A DNA stretch of 64,000 nucleotides from Selaginella moellendorffii (taxonomy: Eukaryota; Plantae; Lycopodiophyta): assembly GCF_000143415.4 (NCBI RefSeq), contig NW_003314270.1:3007668-3071667 (forward strand), given 5' to 3'. This document shows positions 34,374-45,806 of this stretch, piece after piece (the first letter of the stretch is position 1; each line of letters starts with the position of its first letter). The notes beneath the pieces were generated by a model. It had not been told where the DNA came from. It saw only the letters and a program-made list of their open reading frames with translations, and made no database searches. Both the position numbers and the translations under genes were made by a program.

Positions 34374-37300
34374 TCAGACTGTTATTTTTTGCCTCCAACG
34401 CCTATACAATAATCTTGGAATTTCATCACTCTCCACACTATTAGGATTTAAACCCAATAGTAATGCCATCTCTTCTCTAATACGTCCACGCTCATATTCA
34501 GTGGTCGAAGAACCCATCTGGTTGAGCAGATTATGGAGATGCGGATAGTGCTTGGCTAGACAATATACATGCCATAAATGATGACTGGTGTCTGTCCGAT
34601 CAAATGGCTTCTGATATACCGTTCCATCTGCCATTTGGTTGATTTCTGCAGCCACCTCCTAGACTGGCCGGTTCTCTATCACCATCGCTCCAAGCCGTTT
34701 TGCAAGGTCCCCCAGAACATACGGTTTCTTCTCCCTAGTTTCCATACTGCAAGAGATGGGGTGCACTGCATATGTGTGCGTGTTTGCTGCAGTTTTAATC
34801 GGCGAGTCATCGATGATGAGGATTTCACTTGACCTAGCAGTCCGGTTCATCACTACAGCCTCTGGCTTGACGAAGATGGGCTTGCTACCCCTCACATGGA
34901 CCATAGTCAAGCAATCCTCCTGCGTTAGGAGAAAGTCAAATGGTAATATTACTTGCGTCTGATCGTGCATCATCTGTAGCAACGTTAATGCATTGTGGCG
35001 CATCATTGATGTCCAAACTCCCAATTGCAAATTGAACCCGGCCCTCTGTTTTAAGTGTCGCATGGTCATTATTAGATCCCGCAGTTTCTCCCGTGTAATT
35101 AATGTGAATCTGTCTCTTTTGACCAACTTGCGACCACAGGATTTGGAGGGTGCAGTGACATTCGAGGACGAGCCACGCTCATGGGAGAAAAGGATCAAAA
35201 ACGATACAGTACCTTCGCCGTGACTCTGAAATGAAATGTGTCAGCATAAAAAATGGTACAAGTCAATTTTACCATCTACAATATTAGCGAATGGTGCTCC
35301 CGATGGTCGTTGAGAGGGTTTTGGTCGAGAAAACGTGAAGGGCGGAAATACTCTCCTCTGCAATGTGGGGTCAATTGCATCCGATGGCGTGTGGGCACAT
35401 GCCATTTCAGCTGTAGACTCTGGTACAATTGGCTCAACAGTGGCATGGGGTGGTTCCGATGGCATGTGATCACACGCCATTTCAGCTGGTGCCTCCATTG
35501 GCAAAGTGGACATGACCGAACAGGCAGCAGGGGCGGTGTAGGGAGGTTCCAATGGCGCGTAGTCAGACGATTGGGCACACGTTGAGTCCGTTGGAAATGA
35601 GGATACGACCGGCTCGGTGGCTGGGGCGGCCTCATGCGGGTCCAATGGTGCCTGGTCACCGTCAGTTGGATACGTGGACAAGATTGACTCAATGGTATGG
35701 GCAGCATCAAGTGAAGTGTGGTCAGCTTGCTTGGCGTTTATTTATTATTATTATTATTATTACTATTATTTACCTGATGGTTTGTCTTGTATGACCTTCT
35801 TCCGCTGCTCTTTGGCCACCTCAGGCTGGCCATCGTCGTCATCATCGTCGTCATCGTTATTGTGATCGTCACCATTGTGAGGACCATCCAAGTCCTCTTC
35901 GTCCTCCTCTTCTTTGTCCTCCTCTTCGTCCTTCTGCTTTTCCTGCTCATTATCTTTCTCTGGCTCCTCATCCCCCTCCTGCATTTCTTCCATAGGCTGC
36001 TCAGGCTGGATGGCTTGTTCTTCCAGGACCATCTTGGGAAAATCATCTGGCCAAGTCTCCATCTCAAAATACAAGACATCCATAGCCTGTTTTAGTGCGT
36101 GACCTAGGACCGTATCCTCACCCGACTGTCTTAACATGGTTTCTGCACGTTCTTGCACCCTTCGAAGACGACGAGATGAGAAAAACGTGGCCCTGACTTG
36201 AAAAGCATCCCTCATCCATTGTACCTCTCCATTGAGATTGGGGAAGGGGAGTTTGCCATAGGAATCTGAGTCAGGAGGTGGTGACTGGCTGCTTTCACTC
36301 AGCCCTTGATCTGCAATGAATGGCATGAGCACACACGCCATAACCGCGAGGCATTACCTATCATCTTTTCGTTGCCCTTCTTCCTTTTCGAATCAAACGC
36401 CTCTGATCCCGATGACTGTCCAACGTGCTTTCGCTTTTTATGACCACTGTCAGTTTGAGCTTGGCTGGTGCTTGCCTGTTTTGCCTTTGAAGAAGTGTCT
36501 CCTGCAAAGAATGGCATGAGACCACACGCCATTGCAAATATAATTTGTACCTCCTTTTTTCCTATTGCTTGTCTGTTTGTCCTTCTTCGACGCGCCACCA
36601 GTGTGCTTTTCAGTCCTCGTGTCTGAATATTCACAACGATCTATAATCAAAATGGCATGAGGCCTCACGTGACCTTACCTTGTGCAGGTTGTGAGCTCGG
36701 CCCAACATGGGTATCTTCAACAATAGCTGTTAACGCCGTTTCAGCATCTGGGGGTGGCCACGCTCCTGCATACAGAGCTTGTGAGATAACATTTAAACTT
36801 AAAGTGCGTACTCACCAGGTTCGCAGAGAAGATACTGTTTTTCTTTGGCAACTGTAATTATATGCTCCATTGAAGTCACCTCTTCAATGGAGTTTGTCAT
36901 CGCAACACACGGGACACCCTTGAGTAGTGCGGCTCGAAAGAATAGTCCGCCATGTTGTACTCGACAACGCATTTGCCCTTGGAGTCAGAAGCAGGTGACC
37001 CACCCGCTATTGCGTTGAAGACCCAGCTGAGCATTTCCCATGCTGCACCTGGAGCTTTCTCTGGATTCGAAAGCTCCATAGCCGTCTTCAGTTCCTCAGG
37101 CACGGGTAAATTGACCTCCCTCAGATCAATTTGATCGGCCTTGTCGAACGAAGCTGGGAAGTCATTCCAGTCCCACTCTGCTGCAGGACCAATAACAAGT
37201 GCGAGTGTGAAGATGCGGACATTCGTCAGTATCTTCTTCTTAGCCATTATCCTATAGATCTCCTGCATCTCCTTGCCTTTCAACCGAGCCTTCACCTCGT

Positions 37301-39361
37301 TCAAGGCCTTCCAGAACTTGTGATAGGATTCGGAGTCGTAGATCATATAGTGGACTGAAGATTCCACCTCCGCAAGTCCCACCATTAAGTCAATGATGGA
37401 GCTGACTTCGTCTGCATGAGTGATCTCCTCGTTTGTGAAGTCCATCACACAAAAGATGTTCTTGACCTGCTCATCTCCACGGGAAACGATGCTCCTCCAC
37501 CTTTGATCCTCATCCGAATTCACGTATACCCGATAAGGTTCTCGATAGGCCTCTGCTGCGGGGTCAAGCTGTTTCTGAAGCCGGCGGTCAACATCCCTCT
37601 TAATGAAATTTTAATACTGATCCAACTTCTCAGCTTTACATTTCGTGGCATCCCGCAGCAGATCGATGAACTTGGGGGCCCCCTTCACGTACTCGTCGAT
37701 GTCTTCATTTGACAACTCCAGCTCTTCCATCATCTCTTGCGTGGTGTCGATGCTCACCCTCTCCACGGCCACTTGCTCGAAGATCCAATCTTTCAATAGC
37801 GCACGAGTTCTCAGAGTCGTGCACAAGTCCTCGTATGTCACAATATGGCCGGGAGTCATTTTGGTCTTGTTGAAGACTACCTCACCACGTAGAAGAGCAT
37901 TAGCCACTGTCAGAAGGTCGTCGTCATCTAGAGACCGCAAGAAACGCAAGGTGTTGAGCTTCAAATCATTGGGCTTCCGGCCGTCCTCCACACCCATTGA
38001 GTTTAGCAACTCCCCGTCATGGTACCTCCTTAGCACATCTACCCATTTGTCAAAAACAACTTTTGTTGCGAGTAGAATGTTATGGATGCTGAGTGTGTCA
38101 TTGACCCCCAGTGTTTTCGAGAGAAAACTCGAGAATTCCTGCAATGGAAATGGCGTGAGGCCACATGCTATGCCACATGCAACGAGGCTTACCTGCCAGG
38201 CGCTAGTTGCTGGTGCACATCCTTGTCCTGGTTTTTGTGGCTTCTTTAGTTGAACCCAGAGCTTCCGTGTTCGTGCCAATGTCTCGTGCAGACCCGATTT
38301 GTAGCACATTTCTTGCTTGACATTCTGCGCGTGGGAGATGTATATGATAGATCAGAGGGGCGAGTTGCCTTTTATCAAGCGGACAACTCTTGTCTTGAAG
38401 ACTTTCTTCACCTCCTCGCCCACCATAATATCCACAACTATCTCTTGCATCGCCAAGCTAGAATGCTGCCCTAAGACGGCATAGAACCGAATGTTCTGAT
38501 CGTCTAACACCTTCCTATTGATCAAGTCTGGAAACCTCGTCTCGCCCTTCATTGTTCGGTAGTAGGGGATCACGTCTGCGATGTCGGGTGTTACTGAACT
38601 TGCCAGCATCTTCTGCTTCAGTTTCTCCACCCACTCATTAGATACTAGCCTGTGGTTGTATTTGCTTTGGATGTCGATACGGCTCACGTCGATTGTATAT
38701 ACTTTGTTGGAATAGTAACAAGTACTATTATCTGCGACGATTTTTGCTGCCTCTTCTTGCTCTTTCTGCTTTTTGCGGCTCTTCTTTTTGGTGGGTGTAG
38801 TGTTCGAACCCGAGGCAATGGCATCACCGAGTAGCTTCTTTTTTGGAGCAGGAGAGTCGGACGTCGGCTTGAGCTTGACCACCCTTTTCTGCTTCGGGGT
38901 AGTTTCCAGATCGACCCCCTTCCCCTTCGCTTCGTGAACTGGAGTCACTCTCAATGGCTCAATGTTGGAATATAGTTTTTGAACATTGCCGTAGGTGAGG
39001 TCCGTGGATTCCATGTGATCTTCATAAACCCGCAGCGTCTTTGAAATTGTGGGCCTCCTGGACAACCTCTCCCTAGCTCCCTCTAGGAATTCCTCATAGC
39101 CGCTGCCCCCCTCCGGGAAGCCGCTAGGATGTGCAAGGTGGATCTTGAAGGCGGACGCTGTCTCTACCACAAGTGCCAGTCTATATTCTTGCACGGAACG
39201 TCTGTCACTTGGATGAGGATCCCCATGCATTCTTTTCTCCCACCATCTGTGTTGTATAGCCTCAGATCCTCGCCTTCCATCCTGAAAGTCCAACTGGTGA
39301 GCTCCTCCCCCTTCTCTGCATCCACATTGACAGTGGCTGGAAGAAGAACGCAATTCCTCGC
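34374..39361 (-). pseudogene. Transposon accessory gene or genes: ParB/Srx-like domain, helical region, acidic/low-complexity linker and FCP1/NIF-like HAD phosphatase domain; multi-exon and disrupted
   Basis: ORFs 38352-39353 and 37611-38309 are in frame across one TGA. Further ORFs are linked by GT-AG introns and frameshifts. Motifs NHR...LGQHS..AM and GVWTS...ILIIDDSPIK. The true start and gene count are uncertain. Confidence 0.65.
35738..35770. repeat. (TAT)n microsatellite
   Basis: Direct reading; it lies in a probable intron of the minus-strand accessory gene. Confidence 0.85.
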
Positions 39362-39889
39362 CTGTTCAGAAATGCACAACAATTAAAGCTGACAGATGAA
39401 AAACTAGCAGCTGGAAATAACGTGAGGCCACACGCCATTCACCACTGCATCAGATGTCTTGAGGCTGCATCCTAAGACGGCGTGAGGCTACACGCCATCT
39501 GTAACCGGACTGCACTCGAGAGCCCAATCGGTGCATGCCAATGTTGCTACTGAATGGCATGTGGCCTCATGCCATTTTCTACTTGGCCTAAAAGACTTAC
39601 CATTTGAAGCCGAATGGAGGCGTGACAATTGAGGCCAAACTCGCTGGCGAATGTGCACTGTGTGTGCAGCGGATCGTAGCAACAAGGCTACTCTGCCACT
39701 TACAGTTGGAGAGTGGCGCTGAAATCTCCCGGGACGCCAAGTGGGCTGCGTGTGGGTGGCAGAGTGGGCGGCGGAGTTGGCGGCGAAGTTACAAACTGGG
39801 TGTGTCTTGAAGTGGACGCCGATGCACACGAGCGCGATGCGAGCGCGAGTGTGATGCAAGCGCAAGTGGACGCCGATGCACACGAGAAA

Positions 39890-41409
39890 CCTATAGAGAA
39901 GGTAGATGAGCGCGAATGTGAGCGTGATCGCGAGTGGGAGCGCGATGCGAGCGCGAGTACGATGCAAAACCTAACCTCACACACGCAAAATGTCACAACG
40001 GTTGGTAATCCCGCAACGTCATCATTCCTTGGACTTGGGCGCCACCATTAATTTCTGGATCGCTGCGCGCATGCATGCACGTGAAATCCAAAAGAAATCC
40101 GCAACATCATCATTCCTCAGACTGCATGCACGCGAAATCTAAAAGAAAGATCATGATTGGGATATCATTTAATACCCTTGCTATATTTATACCATGCATG
40201 ATTGGATATTCCAAAGCATCTTGTATTTCCAAAAATGCCAGATGTTCAGCTAAATAAAGAATGGTATACAATGTCCTTCTTGATGACCCTGCAAAGAAGC
40301 ATCTTAATCGGACACCACATGAGACAACACGAGCCTTACAAGGTTTTAGGGGCATTTGCCATAAATCCAACCGTTATTTTGCTCCAAGATTCTACAGTTT
40401 GGTGTGCATTGACCTTTCCATTGACACTGCAAAGGGACATCACAATCAGATGCGGGATTACAAGAAACCAACTTCACTAACTCTGGTTTCACCAAGATCT
40501 ACATAAGGAGTTATGAAATGAAAGGACCCTCTCTATTGAAATGTGTTTATGGTCCTAGGGGCATTGTGACATATCAAAGGATTTTGAATCAAGTTCTGTA
40601 TTTGCATGTTTATCAAGCTACTGAATTGCTAAACCCTAAACCCTAAACCTGTAGAGAAGGTGGATAAGCGCGAATGTGAGCGTGATCGCGAGTGGGAGCG
40701 CGATGCGAGTGCGAGTGTGCGAGCGCGAGTACGATGCAAAACCTAACCTCACACGCGCAAAATGTCACGACGGTTGGTAATCCCGCAACGTCATCATTCC
40801 TCAGACTTGGGCGCCACCATTAATTTCTGGATCGCCGCGCGCATGCATGCACGTGAAATCCAAAAGAAATCCGCAACATCATCATTCCTCAGACTGCATG
40901 CACGCGAAATCCAAAAGAAAGATCATGATTGGGATATCATTTAATACCCTCGCTATATTTATACCATGCATGATTGGATATTCCAAAGCATCTTGTATTT
41001 CCAAAAATGCCAGATGTTCAGCTAAATAAAGAATGGTATACAATGTCCTTCTTGATGACCCTGCAAAGAAGCATCTTAATCGGACACCACATGAGACCAC
41101 ACGAGCCTTACAAGGTTTTAGGGGCATTTGCCATAAATCCGACCGTTATTTTGCTCCAAGATTCTACAGTTTGGTGTGCATTGACCTTTCCATCGATACT
41201 GCAAAGGGACATCACAATCAGATGTAGGATCACAAAAAACCAACTTCACTAACTCTGGTTTCACCAAGATCTACGTAAGGAGTTATGAAATGAAAAGACC
41301 CTCTCTATTGAAATGTGTTTATGGTCCTGACATATCAAAGGATTTTGCATCAAGTTCTGTATTTGCATGTTTATCAAGCTACTGAATTGCTAAACCCTAA
41401 ACCCTAAAC
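39890..41409. repeat. Tandem duplication of about 760-770 bp, each unit ending in telomere-type (CTAAACC) repeats
   Basis: Identical short ORFs recur at an offset of 772 (40075/40847). Telomeric heptamers are at 40629-40649 and 41390-41409. Confidence 0.92.
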
Positions 41410-42529
41410 ATGTGGCAAATGCTGCGTGAAGAAAGATGCCCTTTCTGGGCAAATGCTGTAAGAGGTAGATGCCGAGCAGATGTATCTCAGGCTAGCGAAG
41501 AGGACAAACGAAAGCTAGCTATAAACATGACGGGATGCAAATAGATTACTAGGCTAGTCCTGCGAAAATCAAAAACCATAATTGAAAACATTGAAAATGC
41601 AAAAAGAAAGGTTTATAATATTTTTGAATTTTAAGCAACAAAAGGAATGTAAGTAGGGCATGTGTTTGTAAGTTTAAAAATGCCTCAACCACTTAAATTC
41701 CCAAGTAAATAAAGCTGTTTCTATTTTTGGTACAGGTAAACTTTATAGCGTGTGGGCTCATGCAATTTTGAACCCAAAAATGCACCAAAAAATGCTCGAC
41801 TAGCATTATTCTTTGAATGGCGTGTGGCCTTATATTGCCATAAATGGACGTACACACACAGCATAATTATTCCTTTACACGGCGAATAATCTTGGCGCGG
41901 ATCGCTGACATGGCATGGCAAAGTTCGAATCACTGACATGGCACAGCTGAATCGAGGCAAGGACATGATGTGACAAAGTTCAACCTCCGACAGCAAAGTC
42001 TAGAAGCTACTCAGTTTGAAATTTGTCAGAGGAATCATAAGATCTGGTTTGTCAGAGGATTTGATGTGACGTTCAAGCGTGTGTTATTTTTGAATTCTTG
42101 AACTCATTCCTAGGTCTATCATTTTTGTGCGCCGTGTTCTTGGTTCCGCTGAGCGCAATGAGCGCTGCTTGTGTAAGCGGTGTTGTGAGCTGTGGTTTAT
42201 GCGTCTACGAGCGGTTGCGGCATTGCGAGCGCCATTGCAAGCGGCAGTTTATGCGAGTGGCAGTTTGTGCGAGCGGCGCTACGAGCAGTTGCGGTGTTGC
42301 GAGCGGCGCTACGAGTAGTTGCGGTGTTGCGAGCGGCACTATCTTTGGTGTGGCTACCGCTTCCTCTTGATATTCGGCACTTGTGCTTCCTGGTATGTTC
42401 ACCATGGAATGGCTTAGGACCACATTTAGAAATGGCATGAGGCCACATGCCATCTTGGGCCCTTGCAATTTCATGGCTAGCGTATTGTCATGTATGTTTT
42501 TACTTGCTTGCAGCTGTGTGTATATCAAG

Positions 42530-42720
42530 ATGGCATGAGGCATCATGCCATCTTTGGCCCTGCTAGCCTATTGCCATATTCCTTTTGCCTTGCTGCAACT
42601 ATATATATTTTTGTATGGGTGACTAGTCACGCACACAAAAATATATACAGTTGTAGCAAGGCAAAAGGAATATAGCAACAGGCTAGCAGGGGCCAAAGAT
42701 AGCGTGAGGCCTCATGCCAT
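42530..42720. repeat. 191-bp near-perfect loopless inverted repeat
   Basis: Centred on GTGACTAGTCAC (42619-42630). The arms end in palindrome copies. Confidence 0.9.
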
Positions 42721-42908
42721 TAGTGGTACCACTAATGGCATGAGGGCTCATGCCAATTTTGTGAATGCGAAATTTCATGTGGGTGTCAATAGCATGTTTG
42801 AATAATGGCATGTGGCCTCATGCTATTGAGGTTGTTTGGTATATTATGATTTAGGCCATTATCCAATCATTTTTTGTATGGTCTTAACTTCTTTTCTGCA
42901 CTTTCAGA

Positions 42909-45806
42909 ATGGCCTCCGCAAGTGCGACACATGTTCCCTCCGTGGATCTTAAGAACCGTGCTACATGGATTCAGGCAAAGGTGTTTCTAAACAACCCCGA
43001 GGGGGAGGTGGTAGCTGAGGGCTTAGCCACAGTTGTCGATCCAAGAGATGCGGTTGCTAATCAAGAATTGGGCTGGGATGATATTGGAGTTGCAATTTTA
43101 GAGGTTGTTGACACAAAAGAAAACAGTCTGACTATTGGAAGCATTGTGCGGTGGAAATTGAGGCACTTAGTGTTTGAGAATGTGAAGGATTCATAATCAA
43201 ACACCACTACAACTGATGACAGAACATCTCTTCATGGGAAAAGAAAGTACACCTTCCTAAAGCACAGCCAAAGGGATCTGAGCAACGAACCGAAAAGGCA
43301 GAAAATGGCGATGGAGGTTCGAATGGTCTCGACAGTTGCTTGTTGCAAGAGGAGGTGCTGTCAACATGCTGATTGGGATGCTATTGAAGAGGAGAGAGCA
43401 AGATACAAGACATTGTCCTGGAAGGCAGCTCGCAATTTTGTGTATGAGGCATTACGGTCATCTGTTGATGCTTCAGAACATCAGGTGGGGGGCATGGTCT
43501 TCCAGAGGGGTTTGGTCTGCATGAAGGCATGGAGAATCATTTATGGAGTCCCTCGAACCACATTCTACAGAATCAAAACTGAGTTCGAGGAACAAAGGGT
43601 TCAACAGGCAGTCCATGGGAACGACGGTACTCACAAAACCAAGGGTCATGTTGTATATGGAGAGGCAATCTTCAAGAGTTTTGTCGAGACATGTAGCGAG
43701 CAGCAACCACATAAAACCCGCCTCTTGGAAGATGGAACTCAAGACACCCAACGAGTTCTCCCTTCCATGTATACCAAGGGGGCCATATTGGAAGATGTGA
43801 ATCGGGAGCTCCAGAGTAATGGCTACAAGAAGCTGAGCCAATCTAGATTTAGTAGATTGTGGAGCAACAGGTTCAGGGATGTGAGTATAGGAAAGTACTC
43901 TAGCTTTTCAAAGTGTGACGAGTGCACTGCTATCAAAATGGCTTTGTCGAAGAATTCTTGCATCGCTCAAGAGCGAGAGACGTTGGTTAGAAGGCGGCTT
44001 GACCACAACATCGAGCAGAGAAGCTGCAGGACTGCATATTATCATAACAGGATTCTCTCCATGGAGAGACCTGACTCTTACCTCTGCATCATCCATGACA
44101 AAATGGACCAGAAAAAGATGTGCTTACCTCGACTCAATCCTGCCCCCAAGGCAATCTCTTCATCCATGCAACTGCCTGTATCTCTGTTTGGCATAATCGC
44201 TCATGGGCATGGTGCCCAGAACTATGGGAACTTCTTTGTACCTCTATGGGGTGGCGGGGGTGCAAACATGATGATTGCGTCCCTAGCAAAACACTTAAGG
44301 TCTCTGCAAAGTGCGCAGACTGAGCTGAACGGCCAACCCTTGCATAAGGCCCTTGTCGATCGAACCCCATACAGGATTCAGCTGGAGGAGGAGCAAAGGC
44401 TTGCAGTATCGCGTGGGGCCCCATGCCATCCCAGTGAATATGTTGGCCGTCAGATTGTAGGGTTATCACGTGAGGCCTCATGCCATTCCGACGAGGCTGG
44501 TCGCCCGGTGAATGCACAGCCTCATCCAAATGAAGCAGAATCTCAAGGAAGTTCTTGCGGCCGATGTGGCCTTCCACCCCATCTTCTGCTCCAAACAGAC
44601 AATGCTGGCAGTGAGAACAAAAACATCTATGTCTTCGCGTACTTGGCGATGCTTGTTGCCAAAGGCATATTTGAAACGGTTACACTTGGCTTTCTCATGG
44701 TTGGCCACACTCATGAAGACGTCGATGCCATGTTCAGTCACCTGGCAGAGTCCCTCCGGCGATCCAATGTCCTCACCCTCCCACAACTCTACGATGAATT
44801 CCAAAATTGCATCAAAGGCACTATTGAAGCTGCACTTGTGACAGAGGTTCCAGACTTTAAGGGGTTTGTAAGAGGCTACATCAGGGACAGATCCGAAACG
44901 CTGATTGGCCACTCCAAGCCTCTTCAGTTTCATTTTAGCATGCGTGACGGTGCTCCAGTGATGAGGTACAAGATAAGAGAATGGGACACAGTGTGGCTGC
45001 CAGTGGACGGCATTGAACTCTTCAAGAGAGATCCCATAACTGGGGAACCTATGATTCCTTAGGGTTCCCCACGGCCGATGCACCCGGATGGACTCAAAGA
45101 CCAGGAAAGTATAGTGGCCGGGATTAGACAGCATATTGCCTTCTGGAAGAGGGGGTTGGTGTTTGGTGGAGAATCCTATTTTCAGAGGTGCAAGCCTTTG
45201 ATCGAATACTGGGAGAAGATTATATCTGCTATCCAAAATGGGCCGGTTGTATATGAAGAATTGGAAGAGTCCTTTTGGCCAGAACCCAGAGCACCAGATA
45301 GTAGCGGAACAATGTCCTTTGGAAATGCAGTGACAGATAATGATGTTGAGGATCACTATTGTGGGCCGAGGAACAAGAAGCCGGATTCAGCATTCAATCC
45401 AGTACAGGTCTGCAAAGGAATGGTCGTGCTTGTCAGACCAAGTAATAAAAAACAAATGATATGGGTGGGGCGCTGCATCACTGATGCAGAGGAGGACGCG
45501 GAAACTAACTCCTTCAATGTAACTGTGGAGTGGTTCAAGCCAAGTTCCGGATATACGAAGGATTGCCTAGAAAAGAGATGGGTGCTGAATCCAAGGGATC
45601 CCAGCATGAGCATATCAGTGGATAATCTTATGCATGGTTGGATGCGGAAGTAGAGTGCCACTATCACCTTGCCAGACCATGCAAGAGATGCAGCAAGAGC
45701 ATTCATAACCCGGGTTCAAGGTGAGATTCATTAATATTCCTTTACTAAGTTTCTAATGTATTTTATTTCAAGGTGAATAATCCGAATCTGAATCAGAGGA
45801 GGCGTG
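42909..45806 (+). pseudogene. Sola-like DDD transposase, one reading frame broken by premature stops
   Basis: ORFs at 42909, 43305 and 45078 share one frame, with stops at 43194, 45060 and 45651. Motifs CCKRRCC, VCMKAW, FSKCDEC, IIHDKMDQ, QTDNAGSENKN and FLMVGHTHEDVDAMFS. A probable small last exon follows intron 45721-45772. Confidence 0.85.

Noticed and set aside
40075-41252. Duplicated short ORFs in the tandem repeat
   Set aside because: Their recurrence is explained by the DNA duplication, and there is no protein signature.
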